NCBI GenBank assembly: GCA_043754535.1
Contig: JAYUUN010000050.1
Location: 1-44,895 of the forward strand
Reading direction: 5' to 3'
From: Chloroflexota bacterium
Lineage (GTDB): Bacteria > Chloroflexota > Chloroflexia > QHBQ01
Length of the DNA stretch: 44,895 bases
A program made the translations under genes and the position numbers. Positions 9,541-18,792 of this stretch are shown here, in pieces (position 1 is the first letter of the stretch; every line of letters begins with the position of its first letter). Under the pieces are notes generated by a model. That model saw only the letters and a program-made list of their open reading frames with translations. It made no database searches and was not told the DNA's origin.

Positions 9541-10590
9541 ATGGCTAATGCTATCACCGACATCCCCGGCCTGAAGGTCGGCCACTACACCGATGCAGAG
9601 CGTGGCACTGGCTGCACTGTCATCCTCTGCGAGACGGGTGCCGTGGCCGGGGTGGACGTGCGCGGTGGTGCGCCTGGCACGCGGGAGACAGAGCTGCTGC
9701 GCCCCGGCAACTTGGTGGACATCGCCCACGCTATCCTGCTCACTGGCGGCTCGGCTTTTGGCTTGGGGGCAGCGCAAGGGGTGATGCGCTATCTGGCTGA
9801 GCGGCAGGTGGGTTATGGTGCAGCTGGCACGCCGCCAGCCCTGCGTGTGCCAATTGTGCCAGCAGCGGTGATCTACGACCTCGCCTACAAGCAAGCAGTC
9901 TGGCCCAGTCCCGACGATGCCTACGCTGCCTGTCTCGCAGCTAGTGATGTTGATTGCCCTGTTGGTAGCGTGGGGGCTGGTAGTGGAGCGACGGTTGGCA
10001 AGCTGCTCGGCCCGACGCGGGCGGCGAAGGGGGGGATCGGCACTGCCAGTATCCATCTCAGCGACGGCACCATCGTGGCTGCCTTGATCGTCGTCAATGC
10101 TTTTGGCGATATCCGCGACCGGGCGGGACGGATCATCGCGGGCGCGACCAGCGACGACGGCACTGTGGTAGACACTGTAGCTGCGCTTGCCACCATGCCC
10201 CTGCTACGCCCGGCGATCAACCAGCTAACGGCGGCCAGCCTCAGCGAGCCGCCAACTAGCAGCCAGCCCGCGCAATTGAACACCACGATTGGCGTGGTAG
10301 CCACCAACGTACCGCTCAACAACGCAGCGGCGACCGCTATTGCGCGTATGGCCCACGACGGTCTCAGCCGGGTGATCCATCCCTGCCATACCCTGCTAGA
10401 CGGCGACACGATCTTCGCTCTCGGCCTGGGGCGGGGCGACCTCGGCCCAATGGCGGTTAGCCAGCTTGGCGCACTGGCAGCAGAGGCGGCCACCCGCGCC
10501 ATCCTCTCGATCTGGCAAGCGTACTTATCGAACAGTTGCACCGTAAACACATATCGCGCTAGGGCTAAACTTGTTCACCCTGGCTCATAA
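9541..10590 (+). CDS. DmpA/P1 (S58) family peptidase/amidase
   Basis: ITDIPGLKVGH, VDVRGGAPGTRET, LTGGSAFGL, NTTIGVVATN, HT..DGDTIF. Confidence 0.9.
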   Translation: MANAITDIPGLKVGHYTDAERGTGCTVILCETGAVAGVDVRGGAPGTRETELLRPGNLVDIAHAILLTGGSAFGLGAAQGVMRYLAERQVGYGAAGTPPALRVPIVPAAVIYDLAYKQAVWPSPDDAYAACLAASDVDCPVGSVGAGSGATVGKLLGPTRAAKGGIGTASIHLSDGTIVAALIVVNAFGDIRDRAGRIIAGATSDDGTVVDTVAALATMPLLRPAINQLTAASLSEPPTSSQPAQLNTTIGVVATNVPLNNAAATAIARMAHDGLSRVIHPCHTLLDGDTIFALGLGRGDLGPMAVSQLGALAAEAATRAILSIWQAYLSNSCTVNTYRARAKLVHPGS

Positions 10591-10643
10591 CGAAGTTACC
10601 TTTCAGCAGCTTAGCGGTTCCTGAACCAGAGGAGGGAAAGTCA

Positions 10644-12446
10644 ATGGCGACTGTTAGCAACCCCACCGCTGCCCCCGAAGACGTGCAGCGCAATAAACAT
10701 CCGTGGCTGAAGTTCTACGACAAGGGGGTGGCCCACGCACCCTCCTACCCTGCGATCCCCCTGCACCGCACCCTGGAGGACACAGCCGCCCGCCAGCCCT
10801 ACACCATTGCCACCCACTTTCTGGGCGCAGAGCTTACCTACCGCCAGTTGAACGAGCAGGCCGACCACTTCGCCGCCTATCTGCAACGCCTCGGCGTGCG
10901 GAAGGGTGAGCGGGTTGCTCTGCTGCTGCCCAACTGCCCCCAGTACGTGATCGCCTTTTACGCCACCCTAAAGATCGGGGCGGTGCTGGTGCCGACCAAC
11001 CCACTCTATGTTGCCCGTGAACTTGAGCATCAGTTCAAGGACGCAGCGGTGGAGACAGTCGTCTGTCTAGACATCCTCTACCCCCGCGTGGCCGAGATCC
11101 GCGAGCATACCAGCATCAAGCGCGTGATCGTCACAGGTGTGCGCGACTACCTGTCGCCGATCAAGCAGAACCTCTACTTCGTCCACGCCCTGCGGGAGAA
11201 GCAGATGGTCGCCGACTACCTGCCCGCGCTTGGGCGTGTCCTCTACCGCCGCACACGAGAGGGGCAGGAGCATCCGCTGCTCGAAATCCCTTATGGCAAG
11301 GCGCAAGATGTGTATCAATTCTGCGCTGCGATCAAGCAGGGGGGTATACCCACCTACGTTGACGTGCAGCCCGATGACCTGGCCGTGCTGCAATACACCG
11401 GCGGTACTACTGGCACCTCGAAGGGGGCGATGTTGTTGCACCGCAACCTGGTTGCCAACACTGTGCAGGTACACTCCTGGTTGAGCGACCGCCTGCCGCA
11501 TGAAATCTTCATGGCGGTGATGCCCTTCTTCCACGTCTACGGCCTGACCGTGGTGATGACCCACGCGGTCGAATGTGGAGCGACGATGGTGCTGATGCCT
11601 CGCTTCGTTCCCGCTGACGTGGTGGAGACGATTGAGAAGCTCAAGCCGACTGTCTTCTGTGGCGTGCCGACGATGTACATCGCGATCAACAACTTCCCAG
11701 AGATTGGCAAGCGCAAGCTCTCCTCCATCCGCGCCTGCCTCAGCGGTGGGGCTGCGCTGCCCATCGAGGTGGCCGAGGAGTTCGAGCGGCTGACGGGAGG
11801 GCGGCTGGTCGAGGGCTACGGCCTGACCGAGGCCAGCCCTGTCACGCACTCCAACCCGATTTGGGGCCAGCGCAAGGCAGGCAGCATTGGTATCCCCTAC
11901 CCCAGCACCGAGGCGAAGGTAGTGGACATGGTGAGCAGGGCAGAGCAACCTCTGGGCGAGATCGGTGAACTGGCGATCCGTGGCCCACAGGTGATGGCGG
12001 GCTACTGGCAGCGAGCGGAGGAGAACGCTCAGGTATTTAGTGCCGACGGCGAGTGGCTTTACACTGGGGACATGGCGGTGCAGGATGAAGATGGTTACTT
12101 CTACATTCGTGACCGCAAGAAAGACCTGATCATTGCCAGTGGCTATAACATCTACCCCCGCGAGATAGAGGAGGTGCTATACCAGATGCCGCAGGTGAAG
12201 GAGGCGGTGGTAGTCGGTGTACCCGACCGCTATCGGGGCGAGACAGTCAAGGCCTACCTCGTGCTGAAGGATGGTGAGACACTAAGCGAGGATGCCGTGA
12301 TCAGCTTCTGCCGTGCTTCGCTGGCGCGCTACAAGGTGCCGCACCTGGTCGAGTTCCGCCCATCTCTGCCCAAGACGCTGATTGGCAAGTTCCTGCGCCG
12401 CCTGCTGGTGGAGGAGGATGTCAAGAAGCAAGCAGCGGCAGAGTAA
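10644..12446 (+). CDS. Long-chain fatty acid-CoA ligase
   Basis: QYTGGTTGTSKG AMP-binding motif, EGYGLTE, TGD, DRKKDLI. Confidence 0.95.
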   Translation: MATVSNPTAAPEDVQRNKHPWLKFYDKGVAHAPSYPAIPLHRTLEDTAARQPYTIATHFLGAELTYRQLNEQADHFAAYLQRLGVRKGERVALLLPNCPQYVIAFYATLKIGAVLVPTNPLYVARELEHQFKDAAVETVVCLDILYPRVAEIREHTSIKRVIVTGVRDYLSPIKQNLYFVHALREKQMVADYLPALGRVLYRRTREGQEHPLLEIPYGKAQDVYQFCAAIKQGGIPTYVDVQPDDLAVLQYTGGTTGTSKGAMLLHRNLVANTVQVHSWLSDRLPHEIFMAVMPFFHVYGLTVVMTHAVECGATMVLMPRFVPADVVETIEKLKPTVFCGVPTMYIAINNFPEIGKRKLSSIRACLSGGAALPIEVAEEFERLTGGRLVEGYGLTEASPVTHSNPIWGQRKAGSIGIPYPSTEAKVVDMVSRAEQPLGEIGELAIRGPQVMAGYWQRAEENAQVFSADGEWLYTGDMAVQDEDGYFYIRDRKKDLIIASGYNIYPREIEEVLYQMPQVKEAVVVGVPDRYRGETVKAYLVLKDGETLSEDAVISFCRASLARYKVPHLVEFRPSLPKTLIGKFLRRLLVEEDVKKQAAAE

Positions 12447-12450
12447 TCGT

Positions 12451-12514
12451 AGGGGCTGGACTTGTCCGCCCCGGCTTAAAGATGAGGGGCGTGGCTCGTG
12501 ACGGTCGCGCCCCT
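12451..12514. terminator. GC-rich hairpins between the convergent ligase and GNAT genes
   Basis: GGGGC...GCCCC (12452-12473) and AGGGGCGTGGC...GTCGCGCCCCT (12485-12514). Confidence 0.5.
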
Positions 12515-12527
12515 TCTTCATGTCAAA

Positions 12528-13223
12528 CTAAAACCACACCCCGTACTGCACCGCCCCCAGCTTCGCTGCCACCCGCTGCGAGGCCGTGTTCTCCCACCAA
12601 GTGCTGTAGAGCGGCAGCCGTCTGCTGGCCCGCACCTGCGCCGCCCAGCCGCGCACCACTTCGGCAGCATAACCACGCCCCCGGTAGGACTTGACCGTAA
12701 GCACCCCGGCCTCAGCTACCTTGTCGGTGGTGCGGGCAGTGACGCAACCCGCCACTGCTACGCCATCCTCGACCACAACCACAATCGGCGCATGCTCGGA
12801 CGGCTGGCCGATCATCTCGGCGATGTGCGTCCGCAACAAGGCTTCCTCGTTCTGCGGCGTGATCGTTACGGTGCGGCTGCTGGGCGCAAGCTCCGGCAGC
12901 CAGTAGGCAGGGCCAGCGTAGATGCGGGTGACGGGCGCGTATTGCTCAAGCAGAGCTACATATCCGCCTTGATGCAGCGGGAATGGCGGCAAGTCGACAG
13001 CAACGGGTTCGCTGGCTGCCAGTCGCGCCAGTTCAGCGGCAAGCTCCGGCGGCAGGTCGTAGCGGGTTCGCCAAAGGTTGCCGTGTGCGCTGCGGGCCAG
13101 GAAGAAGCGCGGGGCTGGCTGGTTAGGGTCAGGCTCGTTGACGCGCAACAATCGCCCCTCCGCATCGTGGCTGTAGAGGGCTGCGGCTTGCAGGTGCATC
13201 AGTTCTAGTAGCTGGTAGTTCAT
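12528..13223 (-). CDS. GNAT family acetyltransferase
   Basis: ATGA overlap with the upstream gene stop; AEAGVLT..SYRGRGYA acetyl-CoA motif, N.ASQRVAAKLG. Confidence 0.85.
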   Translation of the reverse strand: MNYQLLELMHLQAAALYSHDAEGRLLRVNEPDPNQPAPRFFLARSAHGNLWRTRYDLPPELAAELARLAASEPVAVDLPPFPLHQGGYVALLEQYAPVTRIYAGPAYWLPELAPSSRTVTITPQNEEALLRTHIAEMIGQPSEHAPIVVVVEDGVAVAGCVTARTTDKVAEAGVLTVKSYRGRGYAAEVVRGWAAQVRASRRLPLYSTWWENTASQRVAAKLGAVQYGVWF

Positions 13224-14338
13224 TCCCATGCCAAGCCCAAGTCCTCATACACCGCCGACAGGAGATCGCGGAAGCGGCGGTTGTGCCACTCGTCGCCGGG
13301 CAGCCCGTTGCAGTAGAGGGCGACTGCCAGGCCGAACTCTGGGTCAGCGAAGGCGGCGGATGACTGGTAGCCGCTGTGACCAAAGGTGCGTGGCGAGCAG
13401 TGCCGCCCATAGTTGTACGGCACCGTCTCCAGCCCATACATCTTCGAGTCGAGGATCAGGCCCAGACCGTAGTCTAGCACGTGCTTGAAGCTGACATCGT
13501 ACATCCCCGTGCGGTGGCGAGCGGTGATCGCGGCCACCGTCACTGGCTTGAGGATGTGCTTACCGCCAAGTTCGCCACCGCCCAGCAAGGCTTCGTAGAG
13601 GCGCACGAACTGGCGCATCGGGCCGTGGCCGTTGCCGCCTGGTCGCACGCTGGCGCACTCACGCTCGCTGTTCCAGAACTCGCCCCGCTCGGCTCCGCCC
13701 TCCTCGGTGCGGTAAAGGTAACCAATCCGTTCGCCGTAAGCCTGGTACTGGGCAGGCGGCATCCCGATCCAGCAGTCGGTCATGCCGAGAGGCAGGAAGA
13801 TTTCCTCGCGCACGTACTGGTCGAAGGGGCGACCGTCCAGCCGCCGCACCATCTCGCCGAGGATGTACCAGCTAGACCCCTGATGGTAGCCAGCCTTGCG
13901 ACCGGGCAGCCAGCCGCGCTCCAACGAAGCGGCACAGACAGCCGCAATCGTGGTCGTCCAGTCGGTCTCAAACTCTACGTGCTTGTAGAAGCGGAAGCCG
14001 CCAGTGTGGGTCAGGATGTGGCGGATGGTGATTGCCTCCTTGCCGCCCTGCCCAAACTCTGGGATGTACTTCATCACCAAGTCGTCAAGCGCGAAGCCCC
14101 CACGCCCCCAAACCTGGGCCACTGCTACTGCCGTCACTGCCTTCGTCGCCGAGAACCAGAGGTTGAGAGTATCGGTCGTCATCGGCACACCAATCCGAGC
14201 CTCGCCAATAGCAAGGTCGGCTACTGCTTCGCTGTGGCGCGAGACGTAGAGTTGCGCGCCGAGGTGCAGGCCATCCTCGATCCCCTGCTGCAAGAGGGCG
14301 GTGGTGAGGGGGAGGCTTGTTTGTTCGTCTACTGGCAT
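13220..14338 (-). CDS. Serine hydrolase, beta-lactamase-related family
   Basis: FSATK (SxxK), ILTHTGG, YH, FGHSG motifs. Confidence 0.92.
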   Translation of the reverse strand: MPVDEQTSLPLTTALLQQGIEDGLHLGAQLYVSRHSEAVADLAIGEARIGVPMTTDTLNLWFSATKAVTAVAVAQVWGRGGFALDDLVMKYIPEFGQGGKEAITIRHILTHTGGFRFYKHVEFETDWTTTIAAVCAASLERGWLPGRKAGYHQGSSWYILGEMVRRLDGRPFDQYVREEIFLPLGMTDCWIGMPPAQYQAYGERIGYLYRTEEGGAERGEFWNSERECASVRPGGNGHGPMRQFVRLYEALLGGGELGGKHILKPVTVAAITARHRTGMYDVSFKHVLDYGLGLILDSKMYGLETVPYNYGRHCSPRTFGHSGYQSSAAFADPEFGLAVALYCNGLPGDEWHNRRFRDLLSAVYEDLGLAWE

Positions 14339-14601
14339 AGATCTATCCCGATCTCCCCTTCGTCGCGTAGCTGCTCAAGGCGGCGGACAGCACAAAGCGG
14401 GCTGCCCATGCCGCCCCGATTGCGGACGGCAGCCCGCAGCCCACCACCGACCGCCCCCAGTTCGTGCAGGAAGCGGAAGGCATCGAGCAGGTTCGACTTG
14501 CCACTCCCGTTCGCGCCGACCAGGTAGCCCAGGCGCGGCAAAGCCACCGTCATGTCAGCGAAGTTGCGCCAGTTCTTAAGCGTAATGCTGGTGAAGCGTA
14601 G
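14329..14601 (-). pseudogene. Truncated N-terminal fragment of an AAA/ABC-type predicted ATPase
   Basis: RFTSITLKNWRNF...LVGANGSGKSNLLDAFRFL (Walker A) stops after about 90 codons; the codon after AGGAG is CTA, not a start codon. Confidence 0.75.
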
Positions 14602-14614
14602 TCGCTCTCCTGGA

Positions 14615-15898
14615 TTACTTATCGCTAACAACCTCCGCTTGTAACTTGATTACGTCGGTGCCGAGGTAGCGTTGCAGCTTCTCCGGCACGCGCACCGTGC
14701 CGTCGGCCTGCTGGTAGTTCTCCAGGATGGCGAGCAGGGTGCGCCCGACCGCCAGGCCAGAGCCGTTCAGCATATGAGGGTAGCGCACTTTGCCCGCTGC
14801 GTCGCGGTAGCGGGTGTTGCTGCGTCGCGCCTGGAAGTCCTCGACGTTGGAGCAGGACGATATCTCGCGGTAAGTATTCTGGCCCGGCAGCCACACTTCC
14901 AGGTCGTAGGTCTTGGCCGCAGCAAAGCCCATGTCGCCGGTGCAGAGCAGCATTGTGCGATAGGGTAGGCCCAACTCCTGCAAGACGCGCTCGGCGTGGC
15001 CGGTGAGTTGCTCGTGCATTACATACGAATCCTCTGGCTTGACGAAGCCGAACAACTCTACCTTGCTGAACTGGTGCTGGCGCAGATAGCCGCGCATATC
15101 CTTGCCGCCCGACCCGGCCTCGGAGCGGAAGCAGGGCGAGTAGGCGGTGAACATCATCGGCAGTTCGCTTTCGTTCAGGATTTCGCCAGCGTACATCGAA
15201 GCCAAAGCCGACTCCGCAGTAGGTAGCAGGTAGTAGCCCTCGCGGGTCTTGAACAAATCCTCCTCAAACTTGGGCAACTGCCCGCTGCCGGTCATCGTAG
15301 CCGTGTTGAGCAGGTAGGGAGGCCAGATCAGGGTGTAGCCATGCTCGCGGACGTGCAGATCAACCATGAAGTTAATCAGAGCTAGTTCCAGCCGCGCTCC
15401 CCAGCCGCGCAGCAGGGTGAAGCGCGACCCTGCCAGCTTCGCGCCCATCTCAAAGTCCATGATCCCTAGCTTCTCGCCGATGTCGTAGTGCGCTTGCGGC
15501 TCAAAGTCGAAGTGTGGTGGCTCACCCCAGCTACGAACTAGCTGGTTGCCCTGCTCGTCCGCTCCCTCTGGCACGTCGGGATTTGGGATGTTGGGGATGC
15601 GGAGCAGGAAGTCGCGCTGCTGCTCCTCAACAGCGACCACTAGCGGATCGATCCCAGTAAGCTGCGCGCCCATCTCCTTGGAGCGGGCGCGCAAGCTGTC
15701 CCGCTCCTCTGGACTGACCTTACCGAACTGCCTGGAGATCGTGTTGATCTCGGCCCGCAGACTGTCGGCGGTGGTCAAGAGTTCGCGCCGCTGGCGATCC
15801 AGTTCGAGGATGTCGTCCAGCGGGGCTTCTTGGTGGCGGCGGCGCATCGCTTCTCGCACGATCTCTGGGTTGTCCCTGAGCAGCTTGATGTCTAGCAT
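14615..15898 (-). CDS. serS: Serine-tRNA ligase
   Basis: MLDIKLLR start, LLPTAE, FRSEAG, RQHQFSKVEL, EISSCSN, NGSGLAVGR. Confidence 0.98.
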   Translation of the reverse strand: MLDIKLLRDNPEIVREAMRRRHQEAPLDDILELDRQRRELLTTADSLRAEINTISRQFGKVSPEERDSLRARSKEMGAQLTGIDPLVVAVEEQQRDFLLRIPNIPNPDVPEGADEQGNQLVRSWGEPPHFDFEPQAHYDIGEKLGIMDFEMGAKLAGSRFTLLRGWGARLELALINFMVDLHVREHGYTLIWPPYLLNTATMTGSGQLPKFEEDLFKTREGYYLLPTAESALASMYAGEILNESELPMMFTAYSPCFRSEAGSGGKDMRGYLRQHQFSKVELFGFVKPEDSYVMHEQLTGHAERVLQELGLPYRTMLLCTGDMGFAAAKTYDLEVWLPGQNTYREISSCSNVEDFQARRSNTRYRDAAGKVRYPHMLNGSGLAVGRTLLAILENYQQADGTVRVPEKLQRYLGTDVIKLQAEVVSDK

Positions 15899-15941
15899 CC
15901 TTGACTTCTCTCCTGATCTGCTATGAACGACCAGTTAATGC

Positions 15942-16005
15942 AAAAAGCGGATAAGCGGAGGGTTATGCCAGGGTCACAGGCTTACCAACTCCCTTATCCG
16001 CTTTT
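15942..16005 (-). terminator. Long hairpin with U-tract between the HNH gene and serS
   Basis: AAAAGCGGATAAG (15943-15955) / CTTATCCGCTTTT (15993-16005) with further inner pairing. Confidence 0.65.
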
Positions 16006-16025
16006 CGACACCCGCTGGCTGGCGG

Positions 16026-16562
16026 TTACTTGCTTCGGTCGGAACCACCAGGGAGGAACTTCTCCCACTCGGCGTTCGGGTTGGTGCGGAGGTGGCGGTA
16101 GACGACGTAGTACATATTGGTGTGCGGTTGGCGTGGCTCATGAGCCAGGCGCATATTGGCTTCGGTCAGCGACTTGCCGCCCTTGCGATGGTTGCAGCCC
16201 CGACAGGCACTAACCAGGTTCTCCCAGGTGTGCTTGCCGTCCCGACTCTTGGGGATCACGTGATCTAGGGTCAGGTCTCGACTGCGGATGCCGCAATACT
16301 GGCACTGGTAGTCGTCGCGGATGAAGATTTCGCGACGGCTCAACTTCGCTCGTGGCATAGGCCGCTTGATCATCGCAGAGAGGCGGATTACTGATGGGGC
16401 GCGCCAGGTGAGGTCAGCACTGTGGATAAACTGCCCATCCATCTCCAGCACCTCGGCCTTACCGATCATTAGCAACACAAGGGCGCGTCGCACATTGCAG
16501 ATGTTGAGCGGCTCGTAATTCTGGTTTAGTACCAATACTGGCTGATTCAGTCCTGTCCCCAT
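16026..16562 (-). CDS. HNH endonuclease family protein
   Basis: VLVLNQNYEPL N-terminus; RDDYQCQYCG, TLDHVIPKSRDG, WENLVSACRGCNHRKG. Confidence 0.93.
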   Translation of the reverse strand: MGTGLNQPVLVLNQNYEPLNICNVRRALVLLMIGKAEVLEMDGQFIHSADLTWRAPSVIRLSAMIKRPMPRAKLSRREIFIRDDYQCQYCGIRSRDLTLDHVIPKSRDGKHTWENLVSACRGCNHRKGGKSLTEANMRLAHEPRQPHTNMYYVVYRHLRTNPNAEWEKFLPGGSDRSK

Positions 16563-16633
16563 GCCTGCATCCCTCTACAGTGGTCAATTCCTCCGCTACC
16601 CATCTAACGCAGACCGATCCTGCGCCTAACCAT

Positions 16634-16663
16634 ATTTTACCACAGGGAGTGTAATTATGACAA
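16634..16663 (-). promoter_or_regulatory. Sigma70-type promoter upstream of the HNH gene
   Basis: Minus strand TTGTCA, 18 bp, TAAAAT with extended TG. Confidence 0.5.
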
Positions 16664-16842
16664 GGTATGCGCCCTGTTTTGGCTCATCCAAAAGCATTAG
16701 AGTTGTCTCAGTTTGCCTTGCACATGGTGCTACATAGCGCATCAGAAAGGTCTGCAAAGTGCAGGCTTAGACACAAGTCCCAGGTGTGTGCTGCTCGTCA
16801 GCTTCTACTGGTTGGTGCAGTAACTAACGCAGCAGCGGACGA

Positions 16843-18492
16843 CTAATGGATGGCGTAGCTGTCGTTCCCCCCGTCACTGCTGGTCAGCGGGCTGGAAGGT
16901 AGGCTGGTAGCTGGACTACCGACCCGGCCCACACCGTCAACATAGCGGGGCAGGGCTGCTGGGTTGCCGGTGGGGATGCCGACCAGCCCGTTGTTGTCTA
17001 GCGGCTTGGTTGGCAAGCCCGATATGCGGTCAGTGACCTCAAGTTGGTGGGCAGCCTCTCGCAGGTTGGCGGCAGCTCGTGCGCCCTCACTTGCACCCGC
17101 TGCTTCGCGCTCGACCAGGTTCAGTATCTTCCGCATTTGTATTGCTGCCTGCTCACTAGCTTGCCGCTGCTGAGCAGTCGTCTGCGAGATCGACTCCGCC
17201 AAACCAGCGGTGTGCCTGCTCAAGCCCTCAATCTGGTCTGCTGCCGCGGCCACCTGTCGCACCTGCTCTGCCCCCTGGATCGTCATCGTCAACCCCTGCC
17301 TGCTAGCCTCAGCCACCTGCCCGATGGCAGCAGCCAGGTCAGCTAGCATGGTACGTACCTGCACCGTGGCCTGGTTGGAGGAAGCCGCCAACTCGCTTAC
17401 CTCCCTCGCGACGACGGTGAAGCGTGCGCCGTAAGGACCAGCCCCTGCTGCCTCAATCGTGGCGTTGAGGGCCAGCAAGTGCGTCTCGCTGGCGACCTCC
17501 TCGACGCTCTCGATCACAGTGCCAATCATGCGCGACTGCTCCTCAAGTTGGCGGGCAAGATCGGCGATCAGGTTGACTTGCTGCACGCTCTGCTCCAGGC
17601 CTGCAATACCGCTACCTACCTTCTGCTTGACGCTGGCTACCCGTCCTAGTGTCTGGCTAGCAGCATCGCTTACGGCTCCGGCTGCATTGGCGACCTGCAC
17701 TGCTTCCCTACTCAAGCGCACTACTGCCCCGCTAGCCTGCGTAACTGCCTGCGTGGTCTGCTGCGCTCGCTCTGCCTGATCGCTAGCCTCCTGCGCAACC
17801 TGACTGGCAGCGTTGGCAACCTGTCCACTGACCACTTCACGGGTGCGTTGCTGCTCAAGCAGGCTGCTGTTGGCCCGATCCAACGCCCCCTTCTGGTTGA
17901 GCAACCTGTTGACCGCCGCACTAAGCGTACCACTGAAGTAGCTGCTGATCGCCAGCAGCACCAGCAACGCACCGAGGTAGTTGATGACGTAGGTGGAGAT
18001 GCCATCTCGCGGCAAGGGCTTCAGCACCGCACTGGCCTGCAACACGCCCATCACTAGCAGGCTGACCAGGCCCAGGCTGGCTATCACCACGTAGAGGCGG
18101 CGGGGAAGCAAGAAGGCTTGTGCGCCATATACGCCATAGAGGAACAGCGGTACTGCCCCAGCTATGCCCCCACTAACGCTGGCCCACCAGACTACGATCA
18201 TGATGTCGGTCGCAAAGATGAGCGCGTTCGCCAGCGTTACCTGCCCTCGACTGACTAGCCAGGTGCAGAACAGAGCCAGCAGCAGCCCTAGCCCACTCAA
18301 GCTGAGAACTAGCAACCCCACCGGGTTTGGCTCCCCCAGGTAGATAAGCAGCATATTGATGAAGACTAGCAAGGTGTACGCACCTTTGACTGCAAAGAAG
18401 ATGTAGCTAAACCGCTTGCGCCGCTGCAATTCACTTACCGTTTCGGCTTTTCGTTCATTGCTCCTGAACCAGTCTTTGGTTGTGTTTTGCAT
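16843..18492 (-). CDS. Methyl-accepting chemotaxis-like protein with multi-TM N-terminus
   Basis: Several hydrophobic segments; signalling hairpin ETHLLALNATIEAAGAGPYGARFTVVAREV. Confidence 0.88.
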   Translation of the reverse strand: MQNTTKDWFRSNERKAETVSELQRRKRFSYIFFAVKGAYTLLVFINMLLIYLGEPNPVGLLVLSLSGLGLLLALFCTWLVSRGQVTLANALIFATDIMIVVWWASVSGGIAGAVPLFLYGVYGAQAFLLPRRLYVVIASLGLVSLLVMGVLQASAVLKPLPRDGISTYVINYLGALLVLLAISSYFSGTLSAAVNRLLNQKGALDRANSSLLEQQRTREVVSGQVANAASQVAQEASDQAERAQQTTQAVTQASGAVVRLSREAVQVANAAGAVSDAASQTLGRVASVKQKVGSGIAGLEQSVQQVNLIADLARQLEEQSRMIGTVIESVEEVASETHLLALNATIEAAGAGPYGARFTVVAREVSELAASSNQATVQVRTMLADLAAAIGQVAEASRQGLTMTIQGAEQVRQVAAAADQIEGLSRHTAGLAESISQTTAQQRQASEQAAIQMRKILNLVEREAAGASEGARAAANLREAAHQLEVTDRISGLPTKPLDNNGLVGIPTGNPAALPRYVDGVGRVGSPATSLPSSPLTSSDGGNDSYAIH

Positions 18493-18792
18493 AATGGCTC
18501 CTGCACTAACCTCTGTATTGCCAGCAGAGGGGTAGGTAATTTCTTACATTATAGCACGCTCTTGCCCACCTGCATAGTACCTTTGGGCAAATCGCTATGG
18601 CAAAGATGTGCTATTTAGCTATACAACGGTATTTTCCCTTTATTAGTACGCCAGAGTGCCAGCATATAGTTCTCTTTAGCCTGCTCATTCTCGACCAACA
18701 AAGAGCGGCACCCCTACCAGTTGACGGGGGTTGGGCTGGCATGGTATAAAGCGAGAGCGGGCAACGACAACCACAGCGGGTAAGGGAGCGAC

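Noticed and set aside
12518..12540. Possible one-base frameshift at the GNAT C-terminus (WF-stop versus WFSLT-stop)
   Set aside because: It affects only three residues and cannot be assessed without homologues or reads
15899..16025. T-box riboswitch upstream of serS
   Set aside because: No T-box consensus (GGTGGnACCGCG) or stem I is visible, and the space is too short
16026..16562. HNH gene as a Cas9/IscB-like or mobile nuclease
   Set aside because: It is 178 aa with no RuvC motifs or flanking repeats, and matches the widespread stand-alone VLVLN-type HNH family
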